A DNA stretch of 64,000 nucleotides, from positions 1,124,627 to 1,188,626 of the forward strand of contig CAJINV010000007.1 of the NCBI GenBank assembly GCA_905178155.1, given 5' to 3'. Both the position numbers and the translations under genes were made by a program. The first letter of the stretch is position 1. Each line of letters begins with the position of its first letter. Shown here piece after piece: positions 1-11,240 of this stretch. The notes beneath the pieces are model-generated. The model saw only the letters and a program-made list of their open reading frames with translations. It was not told the DNA's origin and ran no database searches. This DNA comes from Amoebophrya sp. A120 (Eukaryota > Protista > Dinoflagellata).

Positions 1-92
1 CCACCACTTCTTGCTGTGATGTCGTTTGGTAAATATTGAGGTGCGCATGCAAGTTTGACATCGTGGCATGAGTAACGACAAAAGGGACTAAC

Positions 93-713
93 TTACATGG
101 CTGCCACCGGTTTGATTTTCACGCAGTCGGAACACATGGCGGCCGGGCAGTTCAAAGAGTGTTTGCACACGTGCTTCATCTCGGCGACCGGCTTTTTGCA
201 GGCACAGAAAGTGCAAGAGTACTCTGCCATTGCAACCCACAACGTCGGGTCGATTCCACGAGTGATTGGGGGCGGGGCCTGAGCTGCTGCGCCAGGCTGC
301 TGCACGGGCGGCTGCTGCTGTCCATTCGGACCGACGGGGGGCGGAGTACCAGACATTGGGTTGGAATACAGCTCGGCGCGATTAGCGAGAGTAATGCGAA
401 TCAAGTTTAGAATCTCTTCGTCTGGCGCACGCTGGGTGATGAGATCTACAAATTGCTCACGCCGTAATAGGAACGTACGTAAATCGAAACCCCTCTCGGA
501 AGAGGCCGGGATGACTACGTCCAGATAAATTTGGTTCAGCACTAGTTGGTGTGTCAGCTCGACTGTGCCTGGACCGTGAAACGCCAGCAAAAACTCGAAG
601 ATAGGGTTTTTCTCAGGGGTGTGGTGCTCGAACTTATTAAACGACGCGGGGGTAATATGCTGATAGAAGTAGTCGCTAATAATGCTGCACGGGAAAGTCT
701 TGCTGTCCGACAT
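93..713 (-). CDS. hypothetical protein with Pro/Gln linker and Cys/His-rich C-terminus (possible zinc finger)
   Basis: 206-aa intronless ORF; C-terminal CxxCxC...CxHxxxC....CxxC; no recognised family. Confidence 0.5.
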   Translation of the reverse strand: MSDSKTFPCSIISDYFYQHITPASFNKFEHHTPEKNPIFEFLLAFHGPGTVELTHQLVLNQIYLDVVIPASSERGFDLRTFLLRREQFVDLITQRAPDEEILNLIRITLANRAELYSNPMSGTPPPVGPNGQQQPPVQQPGAAAQAPPPITRGIDPTLWVAMAEYSCTFCACKKPVAEMKHVCKHSLNCPAAMCSDCVKIKPVAAM

Positions 714-966
714 GATCGCTGATTCTGTGATTTTGATTAACCAGGTGCTTGATAGGTATGATGGAGCTGAACATGGTTGTATTTTGTCTGATCTCGAAAA
801 AAATGCGGCACGTTGGCACGCGAAAGGGACAGTGCAACCCGCGGGTCACACAGACATCCCGAGAGGATGAAAATTTTTTTATTTATTTCTGTTCTCGTAC
901 GGACAAAAACAAACGATTCCGCGGGTGAAGAAAACCGCTTCACCTCGGTAGAGCTGCAGGAATGCT

Positions 967-1653
967 TTACTCAATCTCTCCCTCGGGCTCCGAAGCTTCA
1001 ACATCCGACTCCGCCATGAAGTTTCGCAAGTTGTGGAAGCGTTGGTTGCCCGCAGCGAAGATGATGATGAACTCGGAGAATTTGTACTTCACCTCGTGTA
1101 CCCTCGCGAGAAGCACAGACACCATGTCGTACGTGCGGGCGTCCCCCTGGAGCTGTGCCACGGAGACTTGCGGAATCCCCATACGCGAGATCATGGTGTC
1201 CTTGCAGAGCTGCGAAGCAGCGAACGCGGCGAGGAACTCCGAAACACACTGCAAGTCGGGGACGGTTCGCACCGTCAGCTTGCGGATCACCAGTTCGCGG
1301 ATCATCCTACGCTCGTTCGTATCGGACGAACGATCGAAAAAATGGGACACGACGGCGGCCCACGCGGACTCGATGACTCGGAAGATCTTGTTCCTACCGG
1401 GCACCTGATCCACTGCGAGATTGTTGCGCTCCGCAACGTTGTATTCGAACGGATGGACCGAGATTAGATTAATAGTCTGGAAAGATCGGGCGATTTCCCG
1501 ACCCCGAATTGCTGCATCGCGCGTGACGCCTGGCAGGTTGAAAGTCGCGTCGGCGGCGTTCTGCACGCGTGTCACTGGCTGTGCTTCCACTTGCTGTTGT
1601 CCGCTGCTGAAGAAAACCTCGAAGGCTTTCCGGAAGTCGGCGATGCTGGGCAT
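967..1653 (-). CDS. hypothetical protein
   Basis: 228-aa ATG ORF with globular composition and an acidic tail. Confidence 0.55.
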   Translation of the reverse strand: MPSIADFRKAFEVFFSSGQQQVEAQPVTRVQNAADATFNLPGVTRDAAIRGREIARSFQTINLISVHPFEYNVAERNNLAVDQVPGRNKIFRVIESAWAAVVSHFFDRSSDTNERRMIRELVIRKLTVRTVPDLQCVSEFLAAFAASQLCKDTMISRMGIPQVSVAQLQGDARTYDMVSVLLARVHEVKYKFSEFIIIFAAGNQRFHNLRNFMAESDVEASEPEGEIE

Positions 1654-1654
1654 G

Positions 1655-2053
1655 TTAGCGTAGTGCTAAATCTAACAATTGCTTGTTCGAATTGATTTTG
1701 CTAGAGTACTTTTGGTACTCATGAGAGGACCAGTGAAAAACAATGGTCACAGATTTGTGAACAAGAACTACGACCGGTGGAATAAGTTTGTCAGCGTTTC
1801 TAGACCACAGGCTGACTGCCTCGTAGTCACAGATCTCCTTGTCAAACTTCGGGCGAATTTGTCCAATGTTGAAGGCGAAATAGAAAGCCTTGAAGTCTTG
1901 CCTCCACCGGTCTACTTTTCTCTGAGGCTGTAGCAGCGGTCGCGTGATGCGACGGATCTCGTGATGGATTAAAAGCAACGCTAGATCGCGTTGCGAGATA
2001 GGTGTCAGATGCGTGCTGCTGTGTGGCTCGACTACGTTGCTATTAGGCATCAT
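1655..2053 (-). CDS. hypothetical protein
   Basis: ATG-initiated part (MMPNSN...) of ORF 1655..2164; stop lies 1 nt before the ATG of the next ORF. Confidence 0.35.
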   Translation of the reverse strand: MMPNSNVVEPHSSTHLTPISQRDLALLLIHHEIRRITRPLLQPQRKVDRWRQDFKAFYFAFNIGQIRPKFDKEICDYEAVSLWSRNADKLIPPVVVLVHKSVTIVFHWSSHEYQKYSSKINSNKQLLDLALR

Positions 2054-2389
2054 CGCTACTGCTCTGTAATTGGGATGAGAATGGAGATGTTGAGTATTTT
2101 CGAAACTGAACAACAGTAAACTTGCGCGTTGACAAAGCGTTACCATCGGTCCAGTATCGGACAAGAGATCTTTTGCGGAGAAGCGAAACTGTGATCAACA
2201 TGTTGCCAGCAGGTTGTTCTTGTTTCAGATCTATGCTAGTACATTTGGTATGCTCCGCGAAAAGGATATGGTGAAGTGCAAACAAGGATGACCATCGATC
2301 GATGGATTTAGCCGCCTCCCTGCACAGGAACTGAAACGTCATGCCACTTCCGTGGTCTTACATCGGTTCCAGTTTTTCGCTAGTCGCAA

Positions 2390-3031
2390 CTAGAACGCCA
2401 GCTTCTCCAAGTATTGGTGACCACCGTTGACGCGGGGGTACATGCTGCCGCCCAAGTTCGTCAGCAGACTGCGCCAGTCCGTCACAAAGTTCGCCTTGAA
2501 CTCGGAGGAGCTGAACCACGGCGGGAGTAACATGATCGGGCAGATGACCAGCAAGTGCTTACTGGCTGTGTTCGCGCGGCGGCCGATCGGGATCGCCCGC
2601 AGAGCCTGGGTGACGCGTTCTTCCAGGTCGTTTTCGGACGGCATGTTTTCGCCTCCGTTGGAGGTAGCGAACGCCTTGTCGCGGGAGAATTTCTCGAAGA
2701 CCTCGGCCCATTCCGAGATAGTGGCGCAGGAGCAGCGGTGCCCGAAGATGATTAGCGTGGCGATGCCGAAATCGAAGGTCGGCACCGCTTTCAGCGCGAC
2801 GCTCAGTCGCGTAATTTCCGCAGCCATTTTCGGGGTGAACTGGATATCCGCCAAGTTCGCCTGGTATCCGTGGCACGGGGCGAGACGGTCCGCCTGCGCC
2901 GTCGATTCCGCCGCTGCCATTTTGCGCGGGGGGTTACTCGGAACCGGTAGAATATCGATGCCCTCGTGGAAGTGTAAATTGCCCGCCTTGGAGCGAATGT
3001 ATCTTCCAACGTAAACCAAAATTCTTGGCAT
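2390..3031 (-). CDS. hypothetical protein
   Basis: 213-aa ATG ORF with GC-rich codon usage. Confidence 0.5.
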   Translation of the reverse strand: MPRILVYVGRYIRSKAGNLHFHEGIDILPVPSNPPRKMAAAESTAQADRLAPCHGYQANLADIQFTPKMAAEITRLSVALKAVPTFDFGIATLIIFGHRCSCATISEWAEVFEKFSRDKAFATSNGGENMPSENDLEERVTQALRAIPIGRRANTASKHLLVICPIMLLPPWFSSSEFKANFVTDWRSLLTNLGGSMYPRVNGGHQYLEKLAF

Positions 3032-3395
3032 TCTCTACGAGCAGTTGTGGTTGCTCAATACTGCGTGCTCTGCAGGTAGCGCGGACCAAAACGACGAAAG
3101 ACGCGAGGAACGCGAACTAGAATACTACGCTTGTGTCAAGCTTGAGTAACTGATTTTAAATTATTGATTCTGTGTGTTCATACTTTATGGATGACTGAAA
3201 GCGATACTTGTCGCACGTTGGCAGACGAATACTGGTTTGAATTTCGCGAAAGCTGCTCAACAGTCACATTTCTGTTGACAGCGACAAAGACACAGAAGGC
3301 AACGCACTCATCGCAAAGTGCGTGAGTTCTAAACGAGGCAGTGACCTCATGGAGGTTTGCGCGCAACTGAGCCGAGCGGCACTTACTCCACCCGA

Positions 3396-4598
3396 TCAAT
3401 GGTGAATTTGCTGCAGTGCGAGTGCCCGCGCCCGTCCTTTCGCGTGATGAACACGCTCGACTTGTTGTTGTCGTCGGAGTTGATGGTGATACCTGAAAGA
3501 AAACGTTGGAGACAGGCAAGATTTTCCATGGCGTTGCATGGGAACCGAAGACACACGATTATTGAAATGATTGTCACATGAGAAGTTAACATGACACTGC
3601 GTGTTGAAAATGAAAAGAATACTTCCCGATCCTGGGGCGAATGCCGACCCGTAGGCGCACCAGGAGGCGGAAGAAGAACTGCAGGCTTTGCTGCAACGGG
3701 ACGACGCCGGCGCAGAGGCCGACGCGAAGATGTTTTTGCACATAGACCCGGAGTTGTCCAGATCCAGCTTCGTTTTCGCTTGCTTGGCCAGTCGGTTGTA
3801 GCGACGCGCAGCTTCGGTGGCGGCTGCCTCCTTGCTGTTCCGTCCGCTAACGGCGGGGGTGTGGTTGCGGGAGGGCCGCTTCTTGTTTCCACCACCCGAG
3901 AAGCCGCGGCAAGAGGACCTCTTCTCTTCGAGGGCTCGCAGCTTGTCGCGATGGGACTGCTCCCGTTTTTCTTTCAGTTCCGCGAGTCGGACTAGTTCTT
4001 TGCCGACTTGGACCAGTTCCTTGACTGCGTCAACGAGCGCGCGAATCGGGTAGTTGATGGAGTCGCAGATCTGCAGCACGACGTCGGTCAGGCTGTTTTG
4101 GATCGCCCCAAACGAGCCCGCGATCGACTGGACTGCGGCGAGTAGGGCTCCGAAAATCCCCATTAACTTGGAACCGATCCTGCACATTTCCGAATTCTGC
4201 ATGATTCCGTAGAAAGCCAGCGCGCCTGCGACTCCCGTGAACCACGATCCAAACAGGAGCCTCAGCAGGATGGCCAACAGTGCGATGCGTGTCGCGCTGT
4301 AAGAATAAAATTTCACCAGCTTCGAGTAGTGCTTGGTGTTCTTGGCGAAATGGTGCAGGCACCCGCGGGCGTAAAGACCCAGAAACACCACTAGCATGAT
4401 GGCTGTGGCGTGGAGGGACGAGAAATTGTTCTCGAGAACGAAGATCCACGCGGCTTCGCCTGCTGTGGATGCAAACATCTTGAACGCAACGACACGTGGA
4501 TCCAAATAACAACGAATCTGTGTTTTGGAAATGACGCAAGGTGCAAGATGCGTGAAAAACCTAGGCAGGGTGATCAGAACACTCGAGGTTATTGACAT
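3396..4598 (-). CDS. hypothetical membrane protein with coiled coil
   Basis: 400-aa ORF; several hydrophobic segments followed by a charged heptad stretch (ELVRLAELKEKREQ). Confidence 0.5.
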   Translation of the reverse strand: MSITSSVLITLPRFFTHLAPCVISKTQIRCYLDPRVVAFKMFASTAGEAAWIFVLENNFSSLHATAIMLVVFLGLYARGCLHHFAKNTKHYSKLVKFYSYSATRIALLAILLRLLFGSWFTGVAGALAFYGIMQNSEMCRIGSKLMGIFGALLAAVQSIAGSFGAIQNSLTDVVLQICDSINYPIRALVDAVKELVQVGKELVRLAELKEKREQSHRDKLRALEEKRSSCRGFSGGGNKKRPSRNHTPAVSGRNSKEAAATEAARRYNRLAKQAKTKLDLDNSGSMCKNIFASASAPASSRCSKACSSSSASWCAYGSAFAPGSGSILFIFNTQCHVNFSCDNHFNNRVSSVPMQRHGKSCLSPTFSFRYHHQLRRQQQVERVHHAKGRARALALQQIHH

Positions 4599-4747
4599 TC
4601 ACGGATACGGTTCTCAATGTGCACGGTCACACGTACTAAATTCAATTCTCAGAGACAGGCTCGCACTCTGCTTCGTCAAAAGTTGTGTACCATTCTATTG
4701 AAAACGTTAGGTTTGTTCGAATATCGAATAGGCATCTGAGATGCGGA

Positions 4748-4860
4748 GAGTAGAAAAAAGAAGAATAGAGTACCGGGAGTAGAATAAGAGTAGGAATAAT
4801 CGAATAAGACTAGAATAGGAATAGGAATAGCGATCGCGAATAGATTAGAATACGAATATT
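4748..4860. repeat. degenerate (A/G)GAATA low-complexity repeat tract
   Basis: agaatag/ggaatag/cgaata units repeated about 10 times; pyrimidine-rich on the coding strand. Confidence 0.7.
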
Positions 4861-4955
4861 GTGGTCACGTGATTTATATACCGGATGCGTGGACCAGACC
4901 CCGGTGCGAACACGAACGAACACTCAAACAGAAACACCACAATCTAATTCACTTC

Positions 4956-7900
4956 TTAAAATTGGACTTCATACGCACCACTGCGCGCTGCTTCAAATCC
5001 ATAAATTTTGTTCAGCCAGGAGAGCTGCTGACACCGGTCCACGAAGAAACCCAGCGGGAGGCAAAACTGCCGCAAAACCTCCTCCGCCTCGACCAGCGAC
5101 CGGCCGACAAACGATTCGTGCAGGTATCGGAAGTTCTCGCGCAGACAGAGCTCCTCCTGTTCCCGCTCCAGCTTGCTGCCCAACACTTTCGCCGTGTCGG
5201 TGGAGTGCACCGGCATTTTGAACACAGACGAAAATTTCTTGCCCTGCCGCGGGTGGTCGGACGTCGCCCAGCCCTCGCTGTTTTGGATGAAGTAAAAGAA
5301 CATGCATGTGCTCGTTCACGACTCATAAGAACTTTTGAACCCTCATAGTGTTGACTGTTGAGCTTGAAAAAGCCATCTCTAATATTACCGTCCCAAATGC
5401 TTTTTCTATTCTTATTCTCTACGTACCTTTGATCGCAGGTGTTTGTGTCCTGATCCGTCGGTTCAGGGGAGAGAAACAAGGGGGTAAACCGCCCCGTGTC
5501 CGACGGTGTCATGGGCACCGCGGAGTCGTGCCCGCGGCTCTCAATTCCCCCGCGGATGGTGGTCGCGGCGGTGGAAGGGGGGAGGATCACTTCGTTGGCG
5601 TATTTTTTGAAAACAATGTCGTCGGAAAAATCTACGGGCGCGTACGTGTTGACCAACCGGTGGAATTCTAACGCACCGGAGGTGGTGTTTTCGTCGTAAA
5701 TTTCCTCGTCCTGCCCCTGCAAGTGCAACGACTGCCACAAAGCCTCGTGCGGGGACTTGGGCAAGACACAAACGGACGAGAGTTGCGACTGCAGAGAAGT
5801 ACCACTGCCACCCTGTGGCCCGCCGCCGAACGTGTTCTGTCGGTCCGTGAGAATCCCGGATTTCGACCCGGTTGCACTCCTCCTCGGAGCTCCCTATCCC
5901 AGAGAAAAAAGCAGGCAGGGCATATCTCTTGTAAGTATATGCAAAAATAAATGAACAATGAAACCCCAAATAGCTCGAAGAACCCTGTCATCTTCCACCA
6001 AGTGAAACATCAATGGTGAGGTGCCCAGGGCCCCTGGTGGTGAAAAATAAATACTTAGATACACAGAAAAATCTGCCATGGGCCGCCCCATAGCATGCTT
6101 TTCAGGATGCGCAGCGTCGGTTTTTTTGTGCATTTATTTCTGCGTTACAAATATGACCTGCCTGCTTTTTTCTGTGTGATACTCCCATGTGGTTGTTCAT
6201 AGAAACGCCACTCGTTCCGTACTCGTCCACGCCACTGAGCAACTTCGACTGCGACCTTTTGCTGCTCCTCCTGGTGTTGTGACTCACGCTGGCACTGGAC
6301 TTGAACTTCTGCGCCTCCGCGACGCGTTTTCGGATCAGGGAGACGGTTGCCCCCGGCTCCAACAGTTCCTCCAACCCGGACTGCAGGGACCCGTGCAACC
6401 CCAGGCACTTCGCGCGAAGGAATTCCAGGTTCAAACTCGGGGAGACAACCGACAGCGCGATCAAGACCTCGCGCAGGGATACCCGCCCGCAGCTCAACGG
6501 GTTGTCGATGCAGCTGACCAGGTCTTGCACAAAGGAGAGGGGTATTTCGCCCAAAATACGGGTGAAAACGCGGTGCAGTTCCGTGACCGTCAGGTGGTTC
6601 CAGGATTTCTTGTCCGGGCCGACGACCAGAAACGCCATGTTCTGAAACGCGTCTACGGTGGACTCGAAATTTTCCAGAATCCTCTGTCGGAGTTGCGTCA
6701 GGATCTCCACGGTTGGCGGCGTTACGGAGGTTTGCTTGTTCGTCATCATGGTCGTCGCTCCGGTCGTTTGCAGTTTCTCGTGCGAGGGTGACGCGGGGGA
6801 GTGAGCTCCAGAGGAGGTGTTGTTGTGATAATTGTTCACCTCTCCCGGCTGGTTATTTTGCTGCTGTTCTGAGGAACCACCATTACTTGAGGACGAGGAT
6901 GCGGAATCTCCGGCAAGAATCGGGCTCGACCCCCCAAGGCAGACCAACACGTCCTCTAACGAAACCGTCATGACCGGCGCGTTCTCCCGGAATTTTGCCG
7001 GCTTATTCCCGCTAGCACTCGGCTCGAGGTCCTCCTCCTTGCTATCCCACAGAAAGAAAAGCTAGTACAATGCGGCCACATTGATTTGTACTGCAAGAAT
7101 GAATCCACCGAAAAATCTGCCATGGGCGAGCCTACTATAGTGAACGTGGTATTTAGCAAGGTTTTCGCTTTATTCCTTTTGTTCGTGTAACGTATCTGCT
7201 GTATTCATAATTTTTGCATAGTATACAAATGTGACCTGCTAGCTTTTTTCCGTACGATAGTTGCTCCCCAGCGCCTGCGTCGAGCTTCTTCTTGGAATCG
7301 ATGGCCGTGTGGTCGCGACGGACTTTTCGATCCCCTGCTCCGCCTCCAGCTCCGCCTGCTCGCGTTGGATTTTTTCGAGCAGTAGCACCTCCGGTGGGCG
7401 GAGGAGCTGCAATAACTCCTTATTCTGCTCCGCGGACTGCTGCTTACTATCCTTCTTCAGTTCCCCCTCCGCTTCTGTAGCGGGGCTTTTCGCAGCAGCG
7501 GCTGCATCCTGTGCTCCACCTATTTCGTCTTCGTCCTCCTCATCCTTCTCCTTTTTGCCAAAACTAATCCCTTTCAACTGCATGGGGTCGGGGTTTTTCA
7601 AAAACATTTCCAGCTGTTCGGCACTTATCATGTGGGTGCGGACCGCAATGGTCTCCCCCAACTTCCTCATCTTCTCCTCCCGCTCCTTTTTCAGGCGGAT
7701 CTCTCGCAGCTTTTGCTCGTCCGTGATCTGGCTCGCCTGCATCTCCGCGATCCGCTTTCTTTCCCGCTCCAGCTCCCGCTCCCGTTCCTGCACGGAGCAG
7801 GGCATCTTCTGCGAGCTGGTGGTCTTTTGCAGAAAATCGCTGCAGATACACCGCCGCTTCGCCGCCACGTGCTGCCGGATCAGCTCAAACGCCTGCCTGC

Positions 7901-10559
7901 CCGTCGCCGCGTCGCACACGCGGCCCTTTTCCAGCAAAATGGTGAAGGTCTGCTTCGTCAGCTGATTCGTCCAGTACGCGCCCGTGGAAACGCCGTGGTT
8001 GGACAGCACGAGCAGTCTTTCCAGCGCTTTCCTCACCTGGATTTCCTCACTCGGGTTCCCGCCCGACTGCTGGAGGAGTTTTTTGAAGTCCTGCAGATCA
8101 AAACGCTTCAGGTTCATCACCTTCACGATCTTGCGGTCGGTGATGGTCCCCTTCATCGCATCCCTCACCTGATCCATGCACTTCTCGGCGGCCTCGTGGT
8201 ACTTTGCGTCTTCCCTTGCATGCTGCTTTTGTTCGGCGGCGGAGCTTTCTGCGGCCTTGTGCTCGGGATCCTGGTAGAAGTTTCATTATACGTGAACATG
8301 TTGATCTTGTTTCTGCCCCCGCGGAGCACACGCACACCATATCAAATACGTCTGCAAATAACCTCATACTAGAAGACCGCATTTGTTGAGCAACGAGCTT
8401 GCTCCTGGGAGACCACAACTAGGTACCCATGCCGCTTTATATTCCGCATAGACAAATACAGCACGAGGACGACTTGCTCACGACGACCCTAACCCTCCTT
8501 AATCGACGATCAAAATAAGTAAAAACTCGAGTTGTACCTCTTCCACAGCTTCTTTCCTCTCCGCGTGGAGGTCTGCCGGCCGCGCGGTGCTGATGGCCTC
8601 CCGGATTTCGTCCTGTGTCTTCTGCTTGAAAAAATTCTTCTCCAGCCCCACTTCGGTTTCCTCCGCTGGGAGCATGACTTCCAGTGCTTTGTACGCTTCG
8701 GACTCCGCCAAATCGAGGATAACCTTCCGCGCCGTCCCTTTGGCCCGCAAAATCGACGACTGGTCTGCGGAAAGTCTGAAGGCCGGGCCCTGCGTGGATT
8801 TCGCCAAATTCTTCGGTATCCGGAACTTTTTCAACGAGGCCGTGGACAACTGTTCTTGCGACAAGCTGTGCGGGTCTGCGTTGTTCAAGTTGTCCCCGCT
8901 CGCCGAAAGGTTATTTGTGGAGGACATCATGGGCATCATGGGCGTCGCGGGCGAGGTCGCGGCTACGGACGTGGGCGATGGCCCAGCGGTGGTTTCCTCC
9001 TCCGCCAGTGGGTCTTCCTCGCTGGAGGGCATGTCCTGCCGCTTGGATAACTCCAGGAAGAAGGAGAGAAAAAAATCGCCCACCATCCGGGGCAGCTGCC
9101 GCAGGGGGAGCGGCGGCGGCGCGGAGATGGACTTCAGGACGGAACTGTAGGCGTCCGTCAACTCTTGCACTTGGTCTAGCCTCTCCCCCTCGGGCAAAAT
9201 CGCGGCGGCGCAATTGTCCGGAAGGCCGGCGCCGACCCGGTGGTCGAAAAAGTAGAGTACGTACCGCAGCATCAGCTGCACCAACGGGTCGTCCTTTGAA
9301 AACAACGGGGAGAACTGACAATCAAATGCAAAAGTATCCCATACATGTACGAGTACTTCTTGCAATCACGCGAAGACAAGTCTTGACGTGCCTCGTCAAC
9401 ATAATAACTCAGCATTTGACAAGCTCCATAGCATAATATTTCATGCTGAGCAAATTTTTCGTGACGTGATGCAAGTTGTATTTTTACTACTCGTACGATA
9501 CAACTTTTGCAGTGCGTAGTGACTCAGCTTTGACGATCGCACGGCGGACGAGTTCTCGACGGCATCGAGCAAGTAGTCCCGGAGCTCCTGCAACAATTTG
9601 AAACCCGCTTTTTTGCTGACCCTCTGCAGTGGGTCCACCGCGAGTTCCTGGAGTATTCGCACGAGAAACTGCCCGCTGGATTCCTTCCGCCCGAGCTTGA
9701 TGCCAATGGCCTGCAGCGACCGGACCTTCTGCCAAACGGTGTGCAGGTACAGAGTTTCCTCCTTCTCCTCAGCCTTGCCGTCATCCTCCACGCGGAAGCT
9801 GAATAGCCTGAAGATGTTTGTATTTGCCTTGCCTGTCTCAGCTGCAGATTCTTCAATTCTTTTCCCTTACGTCGTTTTGGTTTTGTAGTCATGCGCGCAC
9901 GAAACAAGCAGCATTGCAAGCAAAAGTACAGCATTAAGTACTTCCTCTTGGATGTTGCCCTCCTGGCTGCCTCTGCCTCCTCCTCATCAATTGGCGGCTT
10001 CGTGTCCGGTTCCGCGAGGCTTTTTATAAAGTGGTCCGAAAGCTTCCGCCATTTCCTCGTCGCACCCGTTTCCTGCGAATTAGATTCATCAGACAGAGTA
10101 TTACGGGGCGGGTGGAGATCTAGATCACCGACCGATCAGCTAGTTATAGTAGCTGATGTATGATATTATGAAACACTTTATTCCTCACGCGACGCAAAAC
10201 TCAAATACCGCTTGCTTTCCTGGACTGCCCGGCTTACTGCGCCCGATGGTGCGCGGCTTTACCAGTGTGTACCGGCCATCCGCGCCACCTTTGGGGTCGC
10301 TGAAGCCCCGCTTTTTCCTCTTTTTCGCATGGTCGTGATCGTCGAACAAACCGCCAACGTTCTCAAATACGAAGGAATCTTCGGGCAAACCCTTTTCCGA
10401 CAAAAGCACGTTCGCTCTCGTGTAATTTTTCACAAAGTCCAATTTGTTCGGAAGCTGCTCCTTGAGCCGACTGCGGTCCCGCTCGTCTTGGCTGTGCACG
10501 TTGCCGCGGAGCGCGGTCTTCTCCAAGAGGGAGAACTCGTGCCTGACCAGGCGGGGCAT
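4956..10559 (-). CDS. multi-exon hypothetical protein (coiled-coil, degenerate EF-hand-like segment)
   Basis: ORFs 10185..10559, 9441..9791, 8499..9365, 7239..8177, 6102..6971, 5012..5764 and 4956..5303 join in frame through GT-AG introns and three TIR introns (junctions SKLSH/FSPLF, LGSN/EEDLE, HMG/APRRS). Confidence 0.65.
5895..6181. mobile_element. TIR introner, family B, 287 bp
   Basis: tatcccagagaaaaaagcaggcagg ... cctgcctgcttttttctgtgtgata; perfect TSD ctccc (5890-5894, 6182-6186); excision restores frame. Confidence 0.9.
7043..7259. mobile_element. TIR introner, family B, 217 bp
   Basis: tatcccacagaaagaaaagctag ... ctagcttttttccgtacgata; TSD cttgc/gttgc; shares internal aaaaatctgccatgggc with 5895-6181. 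Confidence 0.85.
9320..9518. mobile_element. degenerate TIR introner, family C, 199 bp
   Basis: aatcaaatgcaaaagt ... acttttgcagtgcgta; TSD ctgac/gtgac; frame restored. Confidence 0.7.
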
Positions 10560-10599
10560 GTCGATGGAGCTTTGTGAAGATTGTGCTGTCAGTTAATAG

Positions 10600-11178
10600 A
10601 GTTACTGTTTCGAGGGTTCTTCACATTAGTTTCTCTGCCCGTGCTGTTAGAGCTCCGATGATCGCGATCATGGATAGGTAAAAACAGAAGTACAACCGAT
10701 GGACGTTAGTATGTACTGTGCAATTACAATGCCACCTGCTTAGAAGCAAAGCAACGACGCCGACGTGAAGGAGCTCTTCTGAGTGAGACGATAAGAGAAG
10801 GTCCACGACAAACTGTGAAACTTCTGATTAATACACTTTATTTCACCACACTCTCGAGCAGCTCCACTGGACTACAATATCGACGCACATTTATTTCAAG
10901 AACCAAAGTTAGCACTATCTTCAACGACGACGATGGATATGGAAAAATTTCGGTGCCAGAAGTTGTATTGTTTGTTACTAGCGAACCAAAATTAATCGAC
11001 GTGGACTAAATGACGACTCATGCTCATCTGGTGCCGACTCACTACTTAAATGTACTCCACAGCGAATCGAACCACCACCACGCGGTAGGTTTGACAATTC
11101 TGAACGAACAGGCTCGTGCGCTGAAAACAAAGCAAGGTGTAGCATTTGTACGATGGATAGTTATTCTTGTTTCCCTGC
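10600..11178. repeat. direct repeat copy A (~580 bp), downstream of TEP gene
   Basis: colinear with 18105-18648, e.g. ggacgttagtatgtactgtg, aaacttctgattaatacactttatt, ctgaacgaacaggctcgt. Confidence 0.92.
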
Positions 11179-11240
11179 TCCATGAATTTATGCGTTCAAC
11201 AAGGTTTTTTAGAATTTTCGCAACACAGCCAGTACCAGAC

